A program made the translations under genes and the position numbers. From NCBI GenBank assembly GCA_050230475.1, contig JBFLGF010000027.1:62001-100249 (forward strand): a stretch of DNA of 38,249 nucleotides, written 5' to 3'. The notes below the pieces were generated by a model. The model worked only from the letters and a program-made list of their open reading frames with translations, made no database searches and was not told the origin of the DNA. The stretch is from Ancylonema sp. Taxonomy: Eukaryota. Positions 1-11,600 of the stretch are shown here, one piece after another. Positions within the stretch are counted from its first letter, which is position 1. Each line of letters starts with the position of its first letter.

Positions 1-1112
1 TTCTTCCGGAACGTACCATTTGAATTTGTCATTTATAGGTCTCTTATCGCCTAATTTTCAGTTACGAATTTGTGCGGCCTGGCTGTGGCCAAGAAAACCT
101 TGTTGCAAATGCCGCGAACCCTATCCCCTCTGTCGGCGACAAGTTTTCGCTGGCAGCTTAGAGAGTTTCGAGGCTGCCTGAATCGGACTTGTTTAGTGGT
201 CGTGGATAGCTATGTGGGTGGGTGGCTGTTTTTTTTGTTGAGGATTGGGGACACAATAGCAACTATTTTACGTCATTTCACTTGATACGCAAGAGTCAGT
301 TGGTGAAGAAGAACCATCTCATGAGAAATGTGTGGATCTCTTTCGGCGGAATATGGATCTTTCGGAAGAATAAGATGAGCGAGTCACTATGGTTGACGTG
401 CTCCATGTTATTTACCAGTGATGCACCGGGCCGGGGCCCGGGGGCCCGTATTCTGTACGGCACGTTTTCCGGACGGGGCAGAGGGCAATCTGCCGGCCCT
501 GGCAAATGCAAACGGCGTACGGATTTGCCCGCACACGTCCGGAATACGGCCGTGAAATGCGGCAAACGGGTACGGAATGTACGGATGCAAACGTTTGCGC
601 TTGCAAACGTTTGCGTTCGTACAGACCGTACATGTCCGTATATGTCCGTACCAATGACCCCGGTTTTTTTTTGAAAAACAGGTAGATTCGGTCGTGAATT
701 TGTACAGAATCCGCTGACAGGGGATTCGGACGGCATCGGGTGATGGGACAGGGTCGTGAACGACGCTCACCCGTCAGATGCTAGATATGTAAGAAAACTG
801 AAAGATTCTTTCTCACACACGACAAACAGAATCTATGATGGAATGGGGGACGGGCTACGGGCCAAGATACGATGGTGGAACGGAAGACATGACAGAATAG
901 GGACGTGCTACAGGACAAAACGACGGGGACAGGGAGAACACGGGGGAAATGTAATGATGACAAAACGGGGATACAACAAAATGACGGGGACAAACTGGGG
1001 GTGCCGGATATATTGGGTTTACGGCTTAGCCTGGAAGGGGCCTATCTAGGGGCCTATCTAGGAATAAATTTGCGGACGTTTGCGAATGCAAACGTTTGCA
1101 AAATGTTTGAGA

Positions 1113-4100
1113 GAAAGACGCATTTTATTCAAGCACGATGGGAACCCCATCTGAGTACAACACCAACGTTATCGTACCAACCTAAAGGAACAGAAGAAGG
1201 AAAACAACCCCAATCGTAAAACAACCGAGCAACAATCCATAACTCTGTTGACGACAATAACACCCGCGGAGGGGGGGGAGGTAACAGAGCCATACCCTCT
1301 TCCAATCGCAATGTCCTAGCATGGATTGCATGTGCTAGAGAACGTTGTAAAGCAACAGAAACTCTCTGCCGAAACCAAGTAACTAACAAACTAACAGTCC
1401 GCCCCGATCGCCCATTCAGTTGCGCCGCACGGTGAGCACAACCACCAATAACCGATTGCTTGCATCGGAAAGCGCAATGTACGTCTCTAACGCAAACGGG
1501 ATAAACTTGGTCCCTGCCGCGCGATCACGATATGAGTTTTTTTGCGCCGTTCTGCATCTTCTGCGGCCACCAACCCTTGACAAGCCGCCGCAATCCACCA
1601 AGTCACGCCGCGTGGGGTCAGCAATGACCACATCCACCAAAATATGCCCCTCCACCAAATCCGAAATAACAATATCCACTCGCCCCTCACGACCGCCCGG
1701 AGCGGAGGACGGAAGAAACCCCGTACGTTCACATTGAACATGCTGACCCGACTCGCGGAGGATGTGATGTACGGAATCTCGCACCGAGTCATGAGATGAA
1801 GTGCGCTCCACCCCTCGACTGCAGCGCATAAGATGCGTACCCAGGGCGTCCATAGAGTTGCCGCACGTGCACGTATCATAGGTAGCAAGGCAAGGGTGGG
1901 GAAACCCGAGGCGCACGCGCACGGCAGTAAGGAATAGGGGAGGGGGGATACGAAGGGAGGGAATGATGGGGGACGCAGCCAATGACCCGCACCGGATCCA
2001 CTGGCGGACCGAAGCGAGATCGGTGCTCGTCTAAAGGAATACTGTCGCTCGCCACAAGCACCTCAAACGCAGCAGCGTGGGTAGCATCAAGAAGTGTCGA
2101 TTGCAAGTGAGGAACAGAATCCACGGCCAAGGTGGCATATGGAGGCAGTGCCGCGCGAGCTGTTCGGTGAAGAAGCTCTCGCGCTTCTCGAAGCACGATC
2201 TGTGTTCGTAGACCTCCCTCGTCCACAGTGCTGAAAAACGGGCCGATAAACCGTGCTGCTGGAAAGCTGATGCGAATGCAGGCGCGGCGAGAGCATAAGA
2301 GCCAATAAAAGCAACTGGGGCAAGAACCCGAGTACACCAAACCCACACCCGCCCGGGCGATCGGCAAACAAGCTTGGTCACGCGACAAACCAATATGGTC
2401 CGAAGTGCAACCAACCACCCCGCCCAATAGATCTACCTCTACAACCCTCCACAGCGTCGCATCATACTCCCCGAGCTGGTTGAGGAAGGAAGAGATAGGG
2501 TGGCAAGTACGCAGTAGATACGATGGACGAGCAGCAAACACCTGCGTAAGTAGGCGGAGGGCCACCTGCGGATCCTCAAGGAGGCATAATTGTTAGAAGA
2601 CCCCGCGTATCTACCTCCAACGCAGCTGCCAGGAAGCCTCGCACAAACTCGTTCGTCCCAAAAGGCGCCCCCAACACACGAATGCCATCTGTAGCATAAG
2701 AGCACCCCTTCGGAAGAATCGGAAACACCTCCCGACCAGACGGTGACCACGCCACACACTTGGATGACTGCACGGAAAGGCCGAGTTTTTCGAGCTCCTC
2801 CACAAAAAACTTAAAAGCCTCCACCACACGGGGAGGGGACCCCACGATATGGGTGTCATCTGTAATTGAAGGAAAGGCGCAGTCCGGAAATGCCGCTGCG
2901 GTGGATCGAAGAGCCTGCTGGTGTCCGACGGCGAACAATACCCCTCCAAGGGGATCCCCCAGACGAGTCCCGGTCGAAGACGCCAACTCCACTACCTCCT
3001 CCCCCCCCGCTAGATCACGAGCACGGAAGAATAGGGGGGAAGACCCCCCATAAAAAGCTCGCACAATCGGGAACAAACCACTTAACCCCCCCCCCGAATC
3101 ACGAAGCTCCTCAAAGAACGCCTGGCGGTTGATGGTGTTGAATGCGTTCTTCACGTCCACCTGGATGACACCCCAAGATGGACGCGCTTCCAAAAAGAAG
3201 TCGCACCCCCCAGATTACCATCTCACACCCCCCTAAGCAAAGCCGCGTACTGCCATTCCGAAATGGTCGTGAAGCGCCTCCCGGATCTGAAGGCATATCG
3301 CACGGCTGATCAAACGATAAAACCCCTCCCCCACAGCAAGGGGACGTAGTACTGCCCCGCCACCCTTATCCAACGCCACCAGCCGAGATGCCCCCAATAG
3401 ATGACAAATAGACGCCGGAATACGACCCCTCGCAACATGAGCAGCCACGTGGAAGGGAACAAGAGGTCAAAACCACTCGCAGGGTCATCCGGATCGAGAA
3501 CGTCACGAAAATGTTCAAACACCATTCCAGACAACCCTGCAGCAAAATGGCTTGGGGCCCCTCGCAACGCCACAACGAATGAGTCCCTCTCGAGAATGAA
3601 ATCGTCGGGAGGCCTAAAATCCCCAACAAAATCTGGGAGAGCAGCCGGGGCAATGGGGTGCAAGTCACGCAGCTGTGCCACAGTCTCTTCCGTCCCACGC
3701 GCTAGAGATTGTGACACTAGGGCCCGAGCTGACCGCGACAGCTCACCACTCCTTCCCAAAAAAAGCGCACGTTTAAGATTCCCCCCACCCCCTCCACCTT
3801 CCCCAATTGTGCCTCCGACGTCCCCACTTCTTCCCGCCTCCCACCTCCCACCATCCGTCCCCTCCCCCGTCCCCCCCCCTCCGCTGCTGCCTCTCTCCTG
3901 AGGGGGTGGGGTACAGCGAGCAATATGCTCATGATGCAGCGATTCCCAATCCCCCCCAAGAAATCGAGTAATACGTCGCCTCGTTTCCCTATGGCCAGCC
4001 TGACCCCCGTGGTGTGGGAGGGGAAGGCACCAAAAAGGAAACATCAAAAATACCTTCCACGCAGCAATATCCCCAGGGTCATCCCTCAAGCGACGGAGCG

Positions 4101-4446
4101 GAAGCACAAAAGCGCGCTGGACTTCTACTCGGATGGCATAAGGGATCTTCCGATATAGGCGGGGCTGGCACAATCCTGTGGCAGTAGGATCGCAAAGTGT
4201 AGTATCGAGGGCCCACGGACCACGAAGACGGAGGTGGGAGGCGGGGAAGGGCCGTGAAGCATGTGCGGGGCCTCCCCCACTCAATGCAGGGGCCGGAACA
4301 CATAATGCGACATGACGTGCCAACCATGCGGCGCCCGTATAGTGATTTCCACAATTGTTGGGGCAGTAAATCAAAGGCCTACCCCTAGCTGAAAGCTGGG
4401 GGAGGGACCCTTGAGTCCCTCCCCCTCCGGCCGTTGCCGTAGGGTC
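1113..4446 (-). mobile_element. Decayed RLE-type (CRE-like) non-LTR retrotransposon, probably 5'-truncated
   Basis: Frameshifted minus-strand ORFs. N-terminal Zn finger CPNNC..HVALC; AAGLSG and RLVALDKGG..LRPLAVGE; RT motifs QVDVKNAFNTINR, GTRLGDPLGGVLF, SITDDTHI, GIRVLGAPFG; CCHC CTCG..HLMRC; RLE RVDIV..LVDVVIADP; FIPFALETY; C-terminal RQRVSVALQRSLAHAI. AATAAA on minus at ~1124-1129. Boundaries approximate; no TSD found. Confidence 0.88.
1218..4446 (-). pseudogene. RT-RLE polyprotein pseudogene of the CRE-like element
   Basis: Collinear pieces 3310-4374, 3233-3448, 2576-3193, 1876-2565, 1416-1982 and 1129-1389 joined by several frameshifts. The reading frame stays open without an ATG up to 4446. 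The 3' end is approximate. Confidence 0.85.
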
Positions 4447-5084
4447 TCAAACTAGGCCAAAATCAGCTGAAAACGAAATGATATAACACCTACTTGGGTT
4501 CAAAATATAGCCTGTACAAAGGGCTACTTAAATCCAAGAATGGACAAGATGTAAAAATCTAAGAATGAACAAGATATGCGACACTTCGCATCGCGTGTGA
4601 GGAAAGATTCGCGTGACTGCCTCCCGGGCGCGGTGATTTGAATGCGGAGGCCAACGGATAATCACCACGCAGGCGATCCGTAGAATCACGTAACGTGGCG
4701 CAGCTTAAACTGAAGCTGGTAAGAATAGCTACCCACAGCACTTTACGGCATAGAAAATGAAGGCGTAATGAGGGCACTAGACGAAGACACGTGGCCTGAG
4801 TGGCCTTATCGTCAAACATTACCCGTATTCATCACCATATACGTTTGCAACACTTTTGCCGTACGGACGTATTCCGTACGTCCGCGTTTGAAAAACGGCG
4901 TTTGCAGACATTTTTGTCGTCCCGGTGCATCCCTGTTATTTACAACGATACCGTCAAATAATCGTGTATACAACGTCTAGACTCTACAATTGCGTGTCTT
5001 TCAAAGATACTCTCTTAACATTCCAATTTTAGTAATGCAAAGTTTTGTTTTAAAAATATTGGGACCTTTTTCTAGCTTTTGATA

Positions 5085-5290
5085 GGGTATAACACCCTCA
5101 GGGTATGTTAGGATATGCTAGGGTTATTCCGGGTATTTGACGGTTTTTAGGGATATTTCCGGAAATTTAAGGGGTTTTGAGGTTACGGTGGGGGTAATTA
5201 GGGGTACGTTAGGGTATTTGTGGGTTACTTGAGGGTATATGCGGGTTTTTTTAAAACCGAACCAAAAAAATGCGGGTTACCGCCACCCTA
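5085..5290. mobile_element. Right end of a second hAT-like element (left end probably outside the window)
   Basis: Dense gggta/agggt subterminal motifs ending in cgggttaccgccacccta (reverse complement TAGGGTGGCGGTAACCCG, a TAGGG-type hAT terminus). No partner TIR in the window. Confidence 0.5.
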
Positions 5291-6877
5291 TATGCACCAC
5301 GACGTCACATCGTCGTGGGAATGTGTAAATTGGACAAAGGGAGCACTCAATTGTGCTCAACACATTGAGTGTGCCATATTGCCTTGGGGTTGTTTTGAAG
5401 GCCCTATGCGTGTTGTGGTACGTGCTACGCAACTACCGAACCAACCACTCGGTATATAATATAACATTTACTACGTAATGCAAGCAAGGTTATCAACACA
5501 CAATAACATGCACACACTCGACCATACATCGATCCCATTCGTGTTCTGTGGTACGAGGAAAATAAGCTGTGGCACGGGGCAAATAATTTCGCACTGTCTA
5601 CCGAATATATTCATCATGTGTGTTAAAATGATATATTTGTTAAATTCCGAATCTGGACATTTCGTTATCTTCGAAAAATAGCGTGAAACACGCTAGAAGA
5701 GTTTTTTATGTCATTACAAGGATGGTCGTCATACTCATTCCTTTGATGTAGCGAAGGAATTTTTTAATACAATTAAAAAATCCACACATACAATCAAGTA
5801 GTTTCATGAACTTTTATACAATGTCACGTACTCGCACTATCGAGACACACCAACACGCTACGTTGAAGCCTTGATACAGGGTTGAAACCGAGACACGGAG
5901 ATGATTGCAACACGATGAAGGACTATCTGGTTCAAAGAAAACGGGGAATAAATAATTTAATGCTCTAAGGGAGAAGTAAATGTGATAGTTGCGAATGGTG
6001 ATATGCTATAAAAATATCAAATCAACCATAGTCCGGCCGATTAGTAGACGGACGTCGCCGAACACGGTATGAGGGGGACGGGGGGGCAACGGATCGAAGC
6101 ACCACAATATGGCCAATTGTCTACCGTTTTCAACCATTCGCCCAACCGGTTACGAGCCGAATGGAGTCGACATCACAATTGTTGATGCCATTTGACTAAA
6201 CTTGAAAATCGACAATATTTTTGTGATATCCGGAAATTAACTACAAAGTGTTTTTTTTTTTTGGCGATGAATCTCGTTGGATGTAGATGCTATCTTTGTT
6301 GTCATGAGTGATATCGGAGCGTCATGATTGGCATATAGTTCCTCATTTGGTCTCACTATAGTATGGTGTTGATTTATTATCAACTTTTAACAACAAGAGT
6401 TTTTTTTTTTGGCTACTATATATGACATATTAGTAGACTGCACAAAAGCTACTGCTCAGAGAAGACTAAGATGCAATCGATGCAATACAATCGTTATGGG
6501 CGTGAAAGGAGACCCTAGCATTATAATTGCAAGTTCACTTGATGGATGGATGGCTATGAGCAGGATGGATAAGGAAAGCGAAATGGATGAATGGTTGGTT
6601 TGAAATAGTGGAATGAAATCATTAGGAATAGTGCAAGTACATGAGGTGATAGGAATGCTCATTAGGCACTCCTACGATCTAGACATAGTGAAACTCGACC
6701 ATCACAAATCAATTCAGATGTGGAATAACCAGAACTCGATATAAAACGAAATTGAAAAATCACTTCCCACTAGGACAGTTGAAGCTAAGGAAATACACAC
6801 TCACACTAATGACACAGTTGGCACTAGCTAATTACACATTAAAACTCCTACACTAGGGGCACATGCCGGCCGCTAGG

Positions 6878-6932
6878 GACACACAACTCGCTATAGAGAC
6901 ACACAACTCGCTATAGGGAAAACTCGCTCTAG
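6878..6932. repeat. 20-bp tandem repeat within a probable LTR fragment
   Basis: gacacacaactcgctatag twice plus a partial third copy. Nearby ggtcgtaaca (6980-6989) reads TGTTACGACC on minus, like an LTR start. Confidence 0.6.
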
Positions 6933-7419
6933 TGCTAAGTTTGGGAGCCTCGCTATGGAGCCCTAGTGGCTGCAGCGAGGGTCGTAACAACGGCTGGAGG
7001 TATGAGAAAATAGCGTAGGATCTACCAAGTACAGCAATCGACCGATTTCACTACTCGTGACAATCACAACAAACGAGTGCAGGGCACATAGCCGATAAAA
7101 AATTTCAGGCGATTTGCGAAAAATGGAATAAGCTTCACATTACACGAACCTTACCCTTGAACTAGAAAACAAATTTGTGGAGATTCTTCTCGATGAGTCC
7201 AAATCGCATGAACGCCCACGCCTTATATGCGGCCCAATTGAACTAAGGGATGTTGCTGTCAGCCCCCATTTTTTTAACGTGCACGTCAAAGGATTCAAGC
7301 GCAAAAACCACTGCAAGCACCAATGCATCTCAAGCACACAATCTCTTAGTAGGAAGCATCGTTTTGAGCTTAACCCTTAACTACAACCTCACGCGCAACC
7401 TTCAATTAACCTTCAATTG

Positions 7420-7962
7420 CCTGCAATGAACACTCGTACGACAATATCAGGCTACAAAATGACTTTTCGGCGATATGCAATTTCTTACAATGATTCATAA
7501 TCGGAGGGAAGGATTTGTGAATATTTTTTGGGAAAGTGTCATCATCGGGGACGGAAAACCCCAACGATCGTATATCGGAAGATTGTGACTCGGCACTTTC
7601 TAACGTAACGGTCGACGGCCGGAATTATTGACCGTCGACCAATCACGACTCGGAAACACATGAAGTTCATTGGCAACATGCCGGAATGAATAGCCGCACC
7701 AAAGTCTAGCCTATCGTGGCGTGACACCGCCCTCGAAGAATTATGCTATCAATAAATCTAACTTGCAACGATTACAACCAGGTCACACGCCGAGTGTTGC
7801 CGGGCGTGGGCTCAAACACATGCGGATGGATGCCCGGTAGTGTTGTACCCGGCCCCATGTTCAGGCTTAGGGATATGGATACTTATTATGCAAGCATGCA
7901 CAACTAAGCATACCGGATTAGGCATATCAAGGGTAGTTGCCTATCCGAACCAATTCCCAATA
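7420..7962 (-). mobile_element. Diverged solo LTR related to the copia LTRs at 26558 and 32619
   Basis: Collinear shared blocks: catcgggga, the cgacgg..ttgaccgtcg hairpin, tgcccgg..cccggcccc, and the terminal ctatcc..attcccaata. Left boundary uncertain. Confidence 0.55.
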
Positions 7963-8628
7963 GGCTCTAACTATCGTTCCTCGTACTTTTTTAAAACGTA
8001 AAACTATGCGTATGCTAGGTGACTCTACTATCGACGCAGGCTATGAGAGTAAGCCATCACATGCGATCAGATTGGACATGTCATTGTATGTCTTCCTTGT
8101 CTTTCATGTATGTATTTCTTGCACGTTTTTATTGTCTTTCTTGTCTTTTTTTTCGGTTCTTCTTTCGGTTCCCCCCCCCCCCTCCCCCACGTACCCCCCA
8201 CACCCCTATTCCGTACATATATTTTATGTACGGATACGTAAGGATTTCGTTTATGATTCATTAGAACGTCGGCGGGACCGAGAAAAATCGTCAATTATCA
8301 CGTTTGAGAAGTTTGTTAATATGTGCACTCGCCCAAGGTCGGGATCGGGAATAATATAAATTAAGATAAGTTATTCATTAAGACAGGTTTTGCTGTAATC
8401 TAGTTTCGTTTGGGAACCGCATCGTGGTATATATTGTAAGCGTGTTATCTAAGTCCCATCTTGGACATTGTGCCTTTCCGGTTGCGGAGTGGTCTGAAGC
8501 CAGTCCGTCCATTGTTCGTAACAAGTTTAGCCATGCCCCATAAAAAACCAACTCTTGCGTGATACGACAATTAAAGCCGTCGTAATAATCATCCGCTTCT
8601 TCTACTCGAGCACAATCACTTCCATGTA

Positions 8629-11600
8629 TTATGGTCCGACTTTCATAACTGAACTATTTTGCCCGCTTCGACTATGTGTTATGAATAAGGTCTCTGCGTG
8701 TAACATTTTCGGTGCACAAGCTAAGTTTTGGGAATCGTGTTGTTGAGAGTGCGGAACTTCTAGCACACTGCGCTGACGTTTACATTTCTTTAATCGGAAA
8801 TACGTGGGGGACATCATTCTCGTCACGGTATCGCCAACCTGCAAAAAATGCAAACCGTTGATTGAGTTTTGAGATTGTAATTTATAGGAAGGAAGCCACT
8901 AAGAATAATGGCATGATGCAATGCCGACCAATGATGAAGTTCACTTATTTTTTCGCGACAGGGCGAATATTTCACTGGAGAAGCGTGTGTCAAACACCAC
9001 AACTTCACATTGATTTTGCAGAAGAGAACAAAAGATAAAATATAAAATAAAAGATTCACTTACATATGCATGTATGGTCTCAGAAGGCCTTATGTCGCAA
9101 AGGTCCAACTCCAACTCTAGAAGAAGGGGTATCTGCGGATCGCGTAAATCCACAGGCAAACACGAGATCCGTCCACCCATTCTTGTTTTTGGAAGTTTCA
9201 CACCGAGTTGCAATGAGGATCCGCACAAGAATCTCTTCACAATGCTAAACAATACGAACGCTCAAAAATGCTCAAAATGCTAAAAATACTCACAATTTTC
9301 AAAAATACAAAGTGCTATGCAATACGAAAAATCGACTCAATGACACTTTGACTTCCCCACTCGGAATCTCTAAGATACAGAAGCACTAGACACTAGTAAC
9401 TCTCCCTACCAGCGCTACTCGTTCCCTCCTTCTTACCTGCTCACAAACATAGCGAAGCGACGCGGTATCAAGTCCACCACCCTACAACACACGCACGGCA
9501 ACACACACAAGGAAGGGGGAGAGGAAAAGAAAGTGGAAAGACCACAGTAGTACTCCTAGTACAATAATAACTGTTCCAATTTCTCATATGCTACCATGTC
9601 CATTTTCTTTGTGCATTTGGGCGTGTACTAGTACGGACGCAGGATGGGTGGTGGCCACGTGGAGCTCACACAGTGGCTTAGGTGAAGAGTCCTCAACGCT
9701 TGGAAACTTCCTGGAAGGATGCCTGCCTCAAGGATAGTTCCACATTCCTGAAATATAACGCCCATTTTAACGGTTCTCCTCGTCAATCCTCCCACACCAA
9801 ATGGACCCACTGCCCTTTAAGCCTTGAACGAAACGACGTCCAACAATGTTCACCATGAACCACGAACCAAGGCAAGAGGCACACCATGACAAACCAAAAC
9901 TGAAATGAAACAAAATGCCGCCTTGGCACCACGGATGCGACCCAAAAGGGAAGGAGAATGGAAAGGTACGAAACCCGTTAATGTCAAATACAACCGAAAA
10001 TTAGTCCGCCACTTGCCCATAGCTAGTGCCGTAGTAGTCCATACGAGAAAAAGATGAGAAGGCAGAGTTCTAAGATTCGTATCGTTCCACCAAACCAATT
10101 TTTCGAGATTCGTATATTCTCCACCCCCAAGATTCCCCACTGCCCACCTTGAGTTTGAGGTGCTTCAACTGTGGAACCGCATCCACCATGGCCTTCCACG
10201 ACTCTGCGTGCAAACAAGTGGTGACGTCACCATACGCGCATCACGCACACGCGCTCATCAACATGTGTGGGAGAGACAAGTGCTATGTGACGTTCGGAAG
10301 GTAGGTAAAAGGAAAAAATAGACTTGTCCAAAACTACCCCCTGAGGCACACCCACCTATGAAGAGACTTGTAGAAAGTGTCAATTGTTCGGACTCTGTGT
10401 TTGTTGCATAACAATATGACCTCGTTTGCAGGATCTGGCAAAATCTTTGCTACATCTTTGTCTTCTCACCGATCTCATGTGCAAAGAATGGATACCTGAA
10501 GTGAGCAAAGGGCATCCAACCAGAGAAATATGCTCCACTCCCCTACAAGACTGCATCAGCTGTGCTAGGTGTGTGTCGTTCATCCAACCACACCCTCCCT
10601 CCAACTTCACTTGACTCAATCTGCCTCCACACCCAACGAGCGAGTCCATAAAGGAAGAAGAGAATGGTCCAAAGCAGTGGCGTAACGTGAGTTGATGTAA
10701 CCGTTGGCAGCGATCGAGCACCTCCGTCACGCCACTTGAGGAGACATCCTGTGGGGTCGAACATTGATCGAGTCGGCAGAATACTAATGTGTACTTCGAG
10801 TGTGAGCTTGTCACCCGTTTCATTTTTCATAACGACAAACAGCGGGATGAAAACACTACCGCAACAAATGGGAAGTAGTTGTCGTACACATTCATGCCGA
10901 TAAGGAATCGGGCACTGCATATAAGCCATTGGACATTCATGGCTCCACATCTCCTCCCCCTCCTCTCCGTGAACCGCCCAAGAAGTACACCGGGCGGACT
11001 CCCTCTCACCTGAAAGCAGAGACTCATCTGTTCGAGAAATGGGCATGCCCAGGAGACTAGACTCAACTCCGAGTCTCTCAAAGTGCCTCCTAGCCCCACG
11101 GAAAGCACGCGCAGGGTTGCGAGGGAGTTGGCCGTAGAGAGGATGTCCATGGGTTCCGTACCAAACCCCCAACCTGCTTTGAGCGATGACATGTTGCCAC
11201 ACTTCCATCTCGACAGTGTGTTCCCCATCCTCTCATGTTCCCTCTCGACCAATGGGATGGAAGGATTGGTAGTCATAGAGGAATGGACCTCCTTGATGGA
11301 GGAAGGGGTTGACGGACGTGCTGCCTTACTCCGACCTCTAGTGGCGGAGAGTTGGTTGGGTGAAGGTGGACGAGGGGGTAGGTCTCGACACCCGCGGACA
11401 TTTAGGACGCGTAGGTTTGGCCAATCAACCAACTTCGCAGTTAAGGTTGCCAACGAGACCTGCAAACGAATGATAGAATGGTGGTGTAGTAGAGTGGTTG
11501 GATGGTTGGGGGTTTTAGATGTTGAGCCATGTAGATACCGTGAGCGCAATCGATACGCGATCCTTGTCCTCTCCCATACCTTGTTGCGATAAGGGATGCG

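Larger units (their letters stand above)
416..4935. mobile_element. Non-autonomous hAT-type DNA transposon carrying a nested non-LTR retrotransposon
   Basis: 15-bp TIRs cagtgatgcaccggg (416-430) and cccggtgcatccctg (4921-4935, 1 mismatch). Perfect 8-bp TSD ttatttac at 408-415 and 4936-4943. Subterminal motifs (gcaaacgtttgc palindromes, ccgtac/gtacgg) at both ends. No transposase seen. Confidence 0.9.

Noticed and set aside
222..1219. Overlapping 70-150 aa ORFs in the hAT left arm
   Set aside because: Arise from GC-rich subterminal repeats; no transposase motifs.
4375..4446. Strong hairpin (gggggagggac/gtccctccccc) at the CRE 5' end as a self-cleaving ribozyme
   Set aside because: No hammerhead core or HDV double pseudoknot could be fitted, and the region is an open Gly/Pro-rich frame, consistent with 5' truncation inside the ORF.
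4446..4453. AGTTTGAG on minus resembling the nematode SL1 3' end (a NeSL-type target)
   Set aside because: Only 8 bases match and there is no SL-RNA gene context in a plant-like genome.
5085..5240. Telomere-like TTAGGG motifs
   Set aside because: Not tandem; better explained as hAT subterminal repeats.
6878..6932. Short repeats as a CRISPR-like array
   Set aside because: Adjacent tandem copies without spacers, no cas genes, eukaryotic context.
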